Shown piece after piece: positions 10,954-20,675 of a stretch of 64,000 bases of DNA. Origin of the DNA: Nitrosopumilus sp. (lineage in GTDB: Archaea; Thermoproteota; Nitrososphaeria; Nitrososphaerales; Nitrosopumilaceae); NCBI GenBank assembly GCA_965205425.1, contig CBDBGZ010000009.1, forward strand, positions 256,001-320,000, given 5' to 3'. The position numbers and the translations under genes are program-made. Numbering within the stretch: the first letter of the stretch is position 1; each line of letters opens with the position of its first letter. Under the pieces are notes generated by a model. That model made no database searches. It was not told the origin of the DNA and was given only the letters and a program-made list of their open reading frames with translations.

Positions 10954-11610
10954 TTGGGTCTTAGGGAAATTGAGCTAAAAGAAGAATATCGTTCAGATAA
11001 AGATGATATTGTCTCAGAGTTTTTCCTTCCCTGCCTAAGCAATTGTATTGAATATGATAGATGTGTAGATTTTTTATCGATTCAAACATTATCTACATTT
11101 TCAGTAGCATTTGAAAGATTTGTAGAAGGAAAAGCAAAGCTGAGAATAATTACAGGTCATAGATTTAGAACAGCAGATCTTAATTTATTCACAAAGCTCT
11201 TTTCCGAAAAATATACAAAATCATTTGAAGGAAAACTAATCAAAGATGCTAAAATTCAAAAGCTTAAGAGTATTGTAAATAATGGACAAGTTGAATTAAA
11301 AATTGCCATCCCAAATTCAGAAAGGATTGCAGATACATTTTCAGAAAGGATTGGAATTTTTAGAGACGATGAAGATCAGACAGTAGCTTTCACAGGAACA
11401 TCTAAAGAATCATTTTCAGCTCAAACCAGAGATTTTGAATCTGTGGACGTATTTACATCATGGAATGACAAATCCAGAGTAGAACGAAAAGTAAAAGATT
11501 TTGAAGAATTGTGGGAAAATAAAACAAAACATGTAGATGTTTATGATTTCATGTATGCAGAAGAAAATAATCTTTTGAAATATTCATCAGAATGGATAAT
11601 GAAAGATTAA
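10954..11610 (+). CDS. Stand-alone PLD-like domain protein, related to the N-terminus of PLD-SF2 helicase/restriction proteins
   Basis: YRS..DDIV.EF..P.L, YDR, ERIGIF.D, FTGTS.E and FEELW motifs. Confidence 0.75.
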   Translation: MGLREIELKEEYRSDKDDIVSEFFLPCLSNCIEYDRCVDFLSIQTLSTFSVAFERFVEGKAKLRIITGHRFRTADLNLFTKLFSEKYTKSFEGKLIKDAKIQKLKSIVNNGQVELKIAIPNSERIADTFSERIGIFRDDEDQTVAFTGTSKESFSAQTRDFESVDVFTSWNDKSRVERKVKDFEELWENKTKHVDVYDFMYAEENNLLKYSSEWIMKD

Positions 11611-12170
11611 AACTGGAAAGATTCTTCTAATCTAGATTTGTTTTCATAAAAATTCATTTTGTTGATTTTATAATATATCACTTCACCACGACGATCTACA
11701 ACTGCAATGATAGGTTCTTTGCCCATCTGAGTAATTTCTTCAACTTTTTTTTGTAGATTTCCCATTTTTTCTTGCTGACCTTCATTAAGACCAAAGATAA
11801 GGAATTTTGCACCTTTTTCACCATATTGTCCCCTCTCATAAACTCTAAAATCAGAACCAAATCCAAAACCATCTTTTACAACATATCCTCTATTTCGTAA
11901 ATCACGATAAATGAGAAATTTTGTTAGAATTTCAGAATCAGTCTTTTGACAAATACTCATAAAAAAATCAAAATCAATCTGTTTTTTACTCTTTTTTAAA
12001 ATTAGTCTTTTTGTATACAACAAATAAAGAGTTTCAAATGATTTCAAAAATAATTTTTCTTTTTCAAGTTCTCCAAACCCCTTTAGATCAAGTTCATGAA
12101 TCATATTCTTATTTGAAATACAAGTTTGATCTGAAATTAATTCTCCATTAACTAAAGGGGCATCTTCCAT
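11607..12170 (-). CDS. endA: tRNA-intron endonuclease
   Basis: YRDLRNRGYVVKDGFGFGSDFRVYERG. Confidence 0.92.
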   Translation of the reverse strand: MEDAPLVNGELISDQTCISNKNMIHELDLKGFGELEKEKLFLKSFETLYLLYTKRLILKKSKKQIDFDFFMSICQKTDSEILTKFLIYRDLRNRGYVVKDGFGFGSDFRVYERGQYGEKGAKFLIFGLNEGQQEKMGNLQKKVEEITQMGKEPIIAVVDRRGEVIYYKINKMNFYENKSRLEESFQF

Positions 12171-12268
12171 TATGAAGTGGAAATCAAAGGATTTCCATAT
12201 AAGCATTGGAAGATACGTATGATGTCTGACTAACCGTTAAAATATGGGCATTCTGGCTTGAGAATATC

Positions 12269-12778
12269 ATGCATGGTGCAAATTATAGAGATGGAACTGG
12301 TCAAATATTTACCAGAAAAGAATACATCAAAGGTAAGCCACAAATCAAAATTGCAAAATTTCAAGGTGGTAAAAGAGGCACATACGAACATTGTGTTCAA
12401 TTATTACTAAACGAGAGAATCCAAATTAGACATATGGCTATTGAATCAACTAGATTAGCAGCTAACAAAACATTAGAAAAAACAACTGGGGAAACAGGCT
12501 ATTATTCAAGACTCAGAATTTATCCACACAATCTTCTTAGAGAAAACAAACAGATTGCAACAGCAGGTGCAGACAGAGTTTCAGAAGGAATGAGAAGATC
12601 ATGGGGTAAGGCAGTTAGTTTAGGTGCCAGAGTCAAACAAGGCCAGTGTATCATGGAACTATATGTTAATGGTGATACTCATTTAGAAGCAGCTAAAAAA
12701 GCACTACACGGTGCATGTGTAAAATTACCAGGTACCCCAACTATCAAAGTGATAGAATGGAACAAGCTATCACCATAA
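12269..12778 (+). CDS. rpl10e: 50S ribosomal protein L10e (uL16)
   Basis: LRENKQIATAGADRVSEGMRRSWGK. Confidence 0.96.
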   Translation: MHGANYRDGTGQIFTRKEYIKGKPQIKIAKFQGGKRGTYEHCVQLLLNERIQIRHMAIESTRLAANKTLEKTTGETGYYSRLRIYPHNLLRENKQIATAGADRVSEGMRRSWGKAVSLGARVKQGQCIMELYVNGDTHLEAAKKALHGACVKLPGTPTIKVIEWNKLSP

Positions 12779-13033
12779 ACTATCTAAATCAGATTTCTTA
12801 TTTTTAACAAATTCTAAAAATTCTTGAAATTCTTCTTTTGTAGGTTCTCGATTTAGAATTCTTTTGGATTGATAATAAAATGTGTTATAGATTCTCCCCA
12901 CAACAATACCCAAAGCAAATGATTTAGAATTATCAATGTTTGAAAGCAATTGAATCAATTGTTTAATTTCGTCTTTGTTTGAAATAGAGTCTTGAATTTT
13001 TTGCTCTATTTTCTTTAGAAGAGTTTCATCCAC
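12770..13033 (-). CDS. Conserved thaumarchaeal hypothetical protein
   Basis: FALGIVVGRIYNTFYYQSKRILNREPT; compact ORF. Confidence 0.7.
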   Translation of the reverse strand: MDETLLKKIEQKIQDSISNKDEIKQLIQLLSNIDNSKSFALGIVVGRIYNTFYYQSKRILNREPTKEEFQEFLEFVKNKKSDLDSLW

Positions 13034-13204
13034 AATACATCTTGTTTGAAATAGTTAAAAAAACTTTAATCCCCGATATTGGATTGATTTGTTTATCATA
13101 ACAAATTTTTTTGTGCCTAGAATAATTACATCCTGAGACTTCTTCAACGCATCGCATCAGATATCCAGAATCATAGATCGTCAATGTTAAATCTCATTGG
13201 TGAT

Positions 13205-13353
13205 TAGGTAAATTCTACTCCTAACATGTATTTCAACAACAATTCAAATAGATCAGAATTCCTGTTGTTATATCTCCATTCCATCTCTTTGAGGTATAGT
13301 AAAAATTTACCTGGACTGACACCATGATGCTTTGCCATGTTCTCTTTTGCAAA
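13205..13353 (-). pseudogene. IS1595-family transposase C-terminal remnant
   Basis: Manual translation FAKENMAKHHGVSPGKFLLYLKEMEWRYNNR, matching the IS1595 HGVS...YLxEFxWRyN motif. Confidence 0.8.
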
Positions 13354-13517
13354 ACCAAGAAAGGAATGATAAATTCTGTTGCACGTGGTCTGTTGTGTGT
13401 CTGTGATTGATAGTTACTCCAAACTTGCTGTTTGTCTGACTTGGAATAATTGATTTTGGTACCGTAATGAATAGTGTTTGCTACATCAAAGGATAAGCGA
13501 AAGATTTTGTATAACGA

Positions 13518-14165
13518 TTATTGCAGATTAAAGCCTCGCTCTAACAGAGCCTCATATGTCTGCTCTTTGATACATACTGGAGTGTTATTGTCACGAATAT
13601 ACAACTCTAGTTCCCCATTACAGTGTATCTCATTTAATGATATGTTAAATTCACTCATCTGAATTGCAGGTGGTGGGTGTCTTTGCATGATTGTTTTTAT
13701 GACATTGTATTGGTGTTCTTCAAACGTTTTGATGTCTTTAAGAATACGATCATTCCAAGGATACTTTGCAATAATCGTAGAATCTCCTGATTGACCTGAA
13801 TAATATGCATATTTTGTGGTATTTCCACACCTATCAAAAGTAACTATCAATTGTGGACCTGAGTAATTTTTTATTGTAGGTAGTGTCCATGCATCAGTAT
13901 AAACACGAGCATAATTTGTAAATACTCCGAGATTGTCAAAGGAAACATCCTGATGTCTGTGTAGAAATTGTTTGACGACATAATCATTTTTCAATATAAT
14001 TTCTTCAGCAGTCCATGATATCCAAAATTCTTCTTCTGCACAAAATACATCGGCAAAACAAATGCCATTACGCGAATAAGGAAATTCTGACAACTCCTCA
14101 AGATATATGGCGCACCTCTCTTCAGAGTATTCTGCAAAAACTATAGCAGGTACAAAGAACAACAA
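13518..14165 (-). CDS. Exported hypothetical protein
   Basis: Hydrophobic N-terminus; C-terminal C..L.L.....PVCI...T...L.ERG motif common in thaumarchaeal exported proteins. Confidence 0.7.
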   Translation of the reverse strand: MLFFVPAIVFAEYSEERCAIYLEELSEFPYSRNGICFADVFCAEEEFWISWTAEEIILKNDYVVKQFLHRHQDVSFDNLGVFTNYARVYTDAWTLPTIKNYSGPQLIVTFDRCGNTTKYAYYSGQSGDSTIIAKYPWNDRILKDIKTFEEHQYNVIKTIMQRHPPPAIQMSEFNISLNEIHCNGELELYIRDNNTPVCIKEQTYEALLERGFNLQ

Positions 14166-14191
14166 AAAAATAAAAAAAGAATAAAGGAGGA

Positions 14192-16597
14192 TCAGCGTGT
14201 AATACCTACTATTCCTAGATCAGATGCTATCGTATCATATGGTAGGTATACTGAATATCCATCACCATGAGTGGCACATGAAGCAGTTTGAGAATCAGCA
14301 TCACCTGGAATATCTCTAGCCTTGCCAACATGCATTCCATATAATTTAAAGCTAGAACTATACTGCCCAACAGGTACACTACTATCTCCTTTACACTCAT
14401 TATATGATGCATAAGTTCCCCGAGCATTATCTGTAGATATTATGTGTCCGCTAGTATAACCAGTAGCTGCTCCTGTTTGGTACACATAACTCCCTATACT
14501 TTGAGAATCAGTTGACTCGTAACTTGTAATGGAGTATGTCCTGTCACGCCAAAGCTTTACTGTTGCATCTACTGTCTTTCCAGTTGCAAGTTTGACAAAT
14601 GCAGTATCCTTAGTGCTATTATCCTTGTATGTCCCATAGTTGAGAGTGCCAATAACTGTTGCCTGCCATGATAAATCTGAAAGGCTTTGTCCTACTGGAA
14701 CAGTCGCTGAACCAACAATATTACCTGAATCAGGACCGGGTTGATACACTTTAGATTGGTATGTTGGAGCACCTGCAGTTATTGACAATAAATTACCAAA
14801 CGCATGTCCTACGGTAACAAACCCGTTATCACTTCCCTTTGTTGCAGGAAATGCAATTGTTGCATGACCACATAATATATTTTGGCTATGTGACTTGCGC
14901 TCCATTTCTGAACACATTAGATCAGACGCGCCTACACTAAGGGTAACGTGCTTGACTTCAATGTCGATGTTACCTGCAACATCCTCAAAGTTCTCTGATG
15001 CAATGGATTCTGTCGCATCTAAAACATTATTCTTGTGCAATTCAAAATCATTTGAGTGTATGATAACTTGTATTGATTCGTCTAAATGATCAACAAATAC
15101 ATCATTTAGTAGAGATGTATTGTTGTACTGTACGAGTATCTCTTGTTTGATATCAAGTAATTTCTGATGTCTTTTTTCTGGAATCTCAAAATGCTCATAT
15201 GTTTTATCCTGTAATATATCTAGTTCCACATACAATGCATCAATGGTATCTTTTACATTCTCTGTTTCATCTTTTGATTTTAGATCAGATAATGTTGCAT
15301 CAAGTTCAAAGATTCTTTCATAAAGGACTTTCATTTGAATCTCTAGATTCGCTATCTCTTGCTTTTTTGTATCTATTCTCAATTTGTGGGATTCTGCAGT
15401 ATGTTCCTCAACAACTCCTACAGATCCTGGGTGTGTCCTAAAACTATCCTCTAACATGTTTTGTAACCCCCATCAAATTAACAACTCGTATGTTGTAACA
15501 AATTACACGCAACGCCAACTCTTTTCTTTGAACCAACTTGTTTTTTGATGACAAGCTATTTCCAAAGATTCTTTTGAGTACTGCAAATACTGATTCAACA
15601 AGTGACCTCTTGTGATAATGTCTGTCAAATTCATCTTGATTGTCCTGGAATAATGTTATCATTTTTTTCCATGATGCAGAGCCTTTGGGATTTCTAACTG
15701 TGTTCTTCTTTGGTTTGATGTATGGTATCTTTTGCAGAGTAGCTACCATATTGCAAATGTCTCGTGACAAATATGCAGGATCTGCACAAAAATCACCAAT
15801 TCCCTTTGGAATGTCTTTGATTAATTTTTTGAGAATTGGTGCATCACCACGAGTTCCTTTAGTAATGTCAAAAGATACTATTGCCATGGACTGTATTGCA
15901 ATTAGGATGTGCAGTTTTAGATATAATTTCTTGGATTTGTGCGTGTTTGTCTTGATGTCAAACCAAGCCTCACATCTTTTGGTACCAAATCCTGAACTGT
16001 CAGGAGCTATGTCTTTTTTTTGATTGGTTCTGTGAGTTTTGCGTTTACCTTTTTCAAATAAGGCATTGGAATTCTTTTTAGACTGTCATTAATGACAGTC
16101 TTGCTTGGTGCTTTTTTGAGCTCCATTATTTCCAACAGAACCGGCCTTGATCTCAAGTGGGACTCCATGGAACGATAATCCAATCCAAACTTTACCTTTA
16201 GCATTGCACACATTATCTTTGCTTTTGTTGGAAATGCAGGACGCCCGCCTGTCTTTGGTTCCCATGGTGTATCCATACTCCAAACTGTCTTCTTTACTTT
16301 CTCCAAGAATAGAATCTCCTCATCCTTGCGATATGTGCCATATACTTGCCAGTCTCTTTTTGATTTGTTTTGCATAGTTGTTGTGATTCCATGCGATCAA
16401 TATGTTACAGAATTGAATAAAATTGTTATATTTGTCTACTTTTAGGACACACCCACAGATCCTATACCTGCAAGGTCCTCCCCTCCTGGCTCACTCTGGG
16501 CAAAAACATCACTCATTGTACCAAATGATAACATCATCATACCAATTATTCCGGCAAACAAGAAAGTCATTTTTTGATTATTTTTTGTATAATTCAT
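14192..16597 (-). pseudogene. Secreted trypsin-fold (S1-like) serine protease with coiled-coil pro-region, interrupted by IS5
   Basis: Removing 15429-16454 and one TSD copy restores a 456-aa ORF: signal peptide, then triad motifs VTVGH, KDTAFV and KGDSS. Confidence 0.8.
15429..16454 (-). mobile_element. IS5-family element (two ORFs, probable -1 frameshift)
   Basis: 15-bp TIR GGGTGTGTCCTAAAA; 9-bp TSD ACAGATCCT (15420-15428, 16455-16463). ORF 16007-16375 plus DDE frame (DSSG, ADPAY, YHKRSLVES) ending at 15444; A8 run near 16014-16021. Confidence 0.93.
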
Positions 16598-16655
16598 GTT
16601 CTTGAATCCACTGCAAAATTAGTAGTATTTACACTGTACTATCGTTCCAGTAATA

Positions 16656-17697
16656 TGTTCTTTCCAGAAATTATTTCGTGTCACTTTCATGAGTAATTCC
16701 TCCATAGAATGCTTGGGTCTATGAGTATTTCGTTTGTTATCATCTTGGAGTGATACGCATCAGATGGTGTCTCCATGTTATCCAAGTCTAGTGCGCCATG
16801 AACTCTAATGTGATTGTACCAATGCATAAACTGCTCCACTGACTCAAAGTATTCTATTTTACACTCAAAGATATCCCAGAACTTTTCTAGCTTACCATTT
16901 GTTTGTGGATGTCTCACTCTTGTACGAGAGTGCTTTACGTGATGTCTCATTAGTTGCTGCTCAAAGTCTACTGGCTTGTTATGATCAAGAGTATTGACAT
17001 TTGATGTGAACTGTTTTCCATTATCAGATAGTACGGATGCTGGTCTACCGTGATTCTTTATTGCATCAGATAGTACTGCAGAAGAATTCACAGATGTTGC
17101 CTCATCATACACTCCGAAACCCGTGATAAATCGTGAGGCATCATCTTCAAATGCAATTAGTTGTTTTCCTGCCCAGCGTGAATCATGTATTGTGTGCCAG
17201 TCAGTATGCCACAGTGAATTTGAATATTCACGTTCATACCTGATCCACTTTCTTCTCATCTTTTTCCGTGGTTGCTCAACTGATAATCCTTCATCTAGCA
17301 TAATCTTGTGGATGCGATTGTGGTTTATCTTGGTATTGTACAATTTTGATATGATTTTCTCAAGGTATAGTGCGTTTGTATGAAATTTTTCTTGAACTTG
17401 TTTGACTAGCTCTATCTCGTGTACAGTGACTGGCTTTTTTGGACGCCCTGGTCTTTTGAGTGTGGGAATCTTTTTGGTTTTTTTGTACTGAGAGTAGACT
17501 TGTTGTACTCTTCTAGGCGTTATCTTGAGGATTACTGAAATATCTAAATTCTTGACTTTTTCATTTTTAGATTGTATAATCCACCTGATCTTATTCTCAT
17601 CTAACTTTACCATAGGTATGCCACGATACCCACGCATACGATAGTATGGGAATGATGCTCTCCTAGTTAAGGGGTGAAATAATTTCCGGAAAAGATA
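16656..17697 (-). mobile_element. IS481-family element
   Basis: Imperfect TIR TGTTCTTTCCAGAAATTATTTC; 15-bp direct repeat ATCGTTCCAGTAATA on both sides. Confidence 0.9.
16687..17613 (-). CDS. IS481 (rve integrase core) transposase
   Basis: WHTD, DDASR, SDNGKQF and PQTNGKLEKF motifs. Start placed at MVKLDE, inside the TIR. Confidence 0.92.
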   Translation of the reverse strand: MVKLDENKIRWIIQSKNEKVKNLDISVILKITPRRVQQVYSQYKKTKKIPTLKRPGRPKKPVTVHEIELVKQVQEKFHTNALYLEKIISKLYNTKINHNRIHKIMLDEGLSVEQPRKKMRRKWIRYEREYSNSLWHTDWHTIHDSRWAGKQLIAFEDDASRFITGFGVYDEATSVNSSAVLSDAIKNHGRPASVLSDNGKQFTSNVNTLDHNKPVDFEQQLMRHHVKHSRTRVRHPQTNGKLEKFWDIFECKIEYFESVEQFMHWYNHIRVHGALDLDNMETPSDAYHSKMITNEILIDPSILWRNYS

Positions 17698-17757
17698 ATC
17701 GTTCCAGTAATACATAACAACTTGAAATGGAACAATCCTGGAACAATACATGAAATA

Positions 17758-18840
17758 TACCTCGGAGCATAATTCTTTGCAATTTTTCAAAACAAATAGC
17801 AATACTTTTTGATCAGTAGTTAGAAATAATTTCATGGACATCACAAATGACGAGTTACTCCAGGCCTACAAAAAAGAAAAGTACGGTAAGAAAAAGGAAA
17901 GACTGCATGCAATGTGTATAATTAAGATCAACAAATCCACAATTGCTGAAACTGCAAGCCAAATGTTTTGTACATGCAATTCTGTAAGGAACTGGCTTGA
18001 TTCATTTGAAAAATACGGATTGGAGGACCCCCCCCCTCGTTCTGGTCGTCCGCCATTAATTTCACATAAAACATTACAAAAGATAGAGCAGGAATTTAAG
18101 AGAATTTCAGACGGCATGACTCCAAAAAAACTGATACAATTCATATTTTACAGAACACGCATTACATATCATATCACTCATGTGCGTCGTTTGATGCATA
18201 AATGGAATCTAAAACCAAAGGTTCCACAAAAGGTACATGTGCGAGCAGCATCCAAGGATACATGCCGCAAGTGGAAAAACCGCATCATTTCACGCATAGA
18301 AAAGGCAAAAAAGAAAGGTTTTACAGTATTTATCCAAGACGAGTCTGTATTTGTAGACGATGTACGTTTTGGTAAAAAATACTGGACAGATGCACACCAA
18401 AGATTAATTGTACGTTGGAGAGGATCGCACCAAAGATTTTTGGTTTATGGAAATGATGATAATCAAAGTTTTTTTAGATCGTATGAAAAATTTAATTCAA
18501 TTGCATTTATAGATTATTTGGAAGCAGCTCGTAGAAAATTTGGAAAAATATTTGTTATCGTCGATAGAGCACCGCAACACAAAGCTAATGATGTAAAAAA
18601 TATCTGCGTAAAAACAAAGCTGTCAAACTGGCATATCTTCCAAGAGGGTCTCCACATTTGAGTATGATTGAAGAGATTTGGAGACAGTGCAAACATGTTA
18701 ATGTTGAATCAGAATTTTATGAATCTATTCATGAGATGAGACATACAGTTATGGAATATTTTAGAACGCACAAATTTAATTTGAATATGTATCAGTATTT
18801 TGCAAGAACAATAAATTGAAAAGACTTATGATCTGAGGCA
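17758..18840 (+). mobile_element. IS630 type A, copy 3 (C-terminal frameshift)
   Basis: Both TIRs with TA flanks; ORF 17834-18661 departs from the intact copy after DVK. Confidence 0.92.
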
Positions 18841-18842
18841 TA

Positions 18843-19791
18843 CTATAGTTTTTGGGGACGATTCATTAAATTTTTTGTCAGCATATAGTTTCTTTATTTT
18901 ATTTCTTAATCTTCCGAAATTATTTTTTTGTAACAAATATTCAAAATCAGATTGTACAAAAATTTCTTCAATTTTAACACGTTTAGTTTTTGATAATTGA
19001 ATAGGTATTTTCTGAAAGTTTCTAAAAATTTGCTGTAATGATTTTTCATCTTCAGCTAATACAAATTGCAATAATTATTTAATATCATCATCATACTCAG
19101 ATTTTCTTCTTATCGTAGAACTCATTTCAATTGGATCAATAACTGTAAAACTTTTTGTTATTTTTGTTTCAATTTCTTTTGGGACTTGAATTAAATGAAA
19201 TTTGTCTTGTCTGTCTGGCTCTACAACTAATGTTGAAAATAGAATTAATCTAAGAGGAGGAGGTAAAATTGAAAATATGTTTTGTAAAAACATTAATTCA
19301 TCAGTTTTTAAAATGGCAATTTTTTTCCTTCTTAAAATTCCATAAAGGATTTCTTCAAGTAATTGCAAATCTTGTTTTTTAAGGAATTTAAAATCTGGTG
19401 AGAACGAGGAGATGTTAATATTAACAGGTTTTAATTCTCCACGCAAAGAATCATTTTTTATGAAATATTTTTCAAATATCCTAGAATCAAAATCAACCTC
19501 TTCAAACTCTTTTTCATCTATTACAAACGTGTGGTTGTATAGAGTACCTCGTCGTCCATCATAACCTATGCCTATATTTTTGACAATACTGTATGCAATT
19601 TTGTGATTTGGTAAAAACAACAAGGATCTTGATTCCTCAAATCCACTTATTTTAACACCTAATGGATAAAGATATTTTTCAAGTTTTGATATTATTTCAT
19701 CTGTAATTCCTACACTTTTTGCAATTATTTGATAGCCTTCATTATTTCCTATTTTACCTGCAGTGTAAATGAAATGATCACATGTGGGCAT
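18843..19791 (-). pseudogene. GAP1-N/DENN-like GTPase-associated protein; in-frame stop at 19075-19077, C-terminus cut by IS630
   Basis: FIYT...GYQIIAKS.GI, DGRRGTLYNHTFV and SILPPPLR..FST motifs; ORF 18826-19071 continues in the same frame. Confidence 0.7.
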
Positions 19792-19796
19792 AGGGT

Positions 19797-20675
19797 TTAC
19801 CCTAGTAGATTTTCATGCAACCACCAAAGAAACTCTGTGTATACAGGATGGCTGTATGATAATGGTTTTGCAACTTTTAGTCCTTCTGTAGAATCAACTT
19901 CATTCTCTCGGTTTCTTTGTACATCAACATGAACCATAAAATATTCTCTCTCTCCGTCATGAATATCTTCAAGTGTATTGTAAAATCTTCGCATATACTG
20001 TTTAACTAAATCTTTAGCAGACACATTTCTATCTTCTAAACTGTCTGCTTTTGTAAGTACTATTGCTATCGGGGTATTGATTCTTTCATTTTTTGAAGTG
20101 TTAGTTGATTTTTTAAAATCTTGTATGGTTGTTAATACTTGACTGTATTGAGTTTGATCTTTTTCCCAATCAGTTTTCATTTTTGAACAATCAAGTAAAA
20201 ACACATATATTTTTGCATATACTGCATATATCATTTCACTATAAGGTTGACCTTTAACTATCCCCATCTGACAAACTTTTACAACTCGTTCATTTCCTCT
20301 TATTTCTTCACCTAAACACATGTTTTTGTAATCTTCACCAGAAATATCTGGAAGTTTAAATTCCATACTACTAGCAGTTGCACCAGTTCCTCTCATTTCA
20401 AAAACAATTTTGTCTCTTGACAATTGTTGGGTTCTTTCTGGAAATTCACCATCTCTTAAACTATTTTCACATGATTCAAGAAATGGTCTTCCATCTTTAG
20501 GATGTGCGCGTAGTTCTGGGCGGTCATCTAGAAAATGGTTATCAATAGCATGGCTTAGTAATGTAATGAATACTGTTTTTCCAGTTCCACTCGGACCCAA
20601 AACTGCCACATTATTTTCATTTTGAATAGCATCAGACGCCTTTAAAATAGGCGTCATCTTTTCTTGTATACTCAT
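19797..20675 (-). CDS. TRAFAC-class GTPase (DO-GTPase-like)
   Basis: G1 GPSGTGKT, G2 T (PERT), G3 DISGE, G4 TKAD. Confidence 0.85.
   Translation of the reverse strand: MSIQEKMTPILKASDAIQNENNVAVLGPSGTGKTVFITLLSHAIDNHFLDDRPELRAHPKDGRPFLESCENSLRDGEFPERTQQLSRDKIVFEMRGTGATASSMEFKLPDISGEDYKNMCLGEEIRGNERVVKVCQMGIVKGQPYSEMIYAVYAKIYVFLLDCSKMKTDWEKDQTQYSQVLTTIQDFKKSTNTSKNERINTPIAIVLTKADSLEDRNVSAKDLVKQYMRRFYNTLEDIHDGEREYFMVHVDVQRNRENEVDSTEGLKVAKPLSYSHPVYTEFLWWLHENLLG

Noticed and set aside
13354..13510. Possible further transposase fragment
   Set aside because: No convincing motif in manual translation.
15420..15457. Apparent start of the 421-aa ORF
   Set aside because: It lies inside the IS5 end; the real N-terminus is at 16597.
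17614..17844. N-terminal extension of the 385-aa IS481 ORF
   Set aside because: It runs through the TIR, the TSD and the IS630 end; the true start is more likely 17613.
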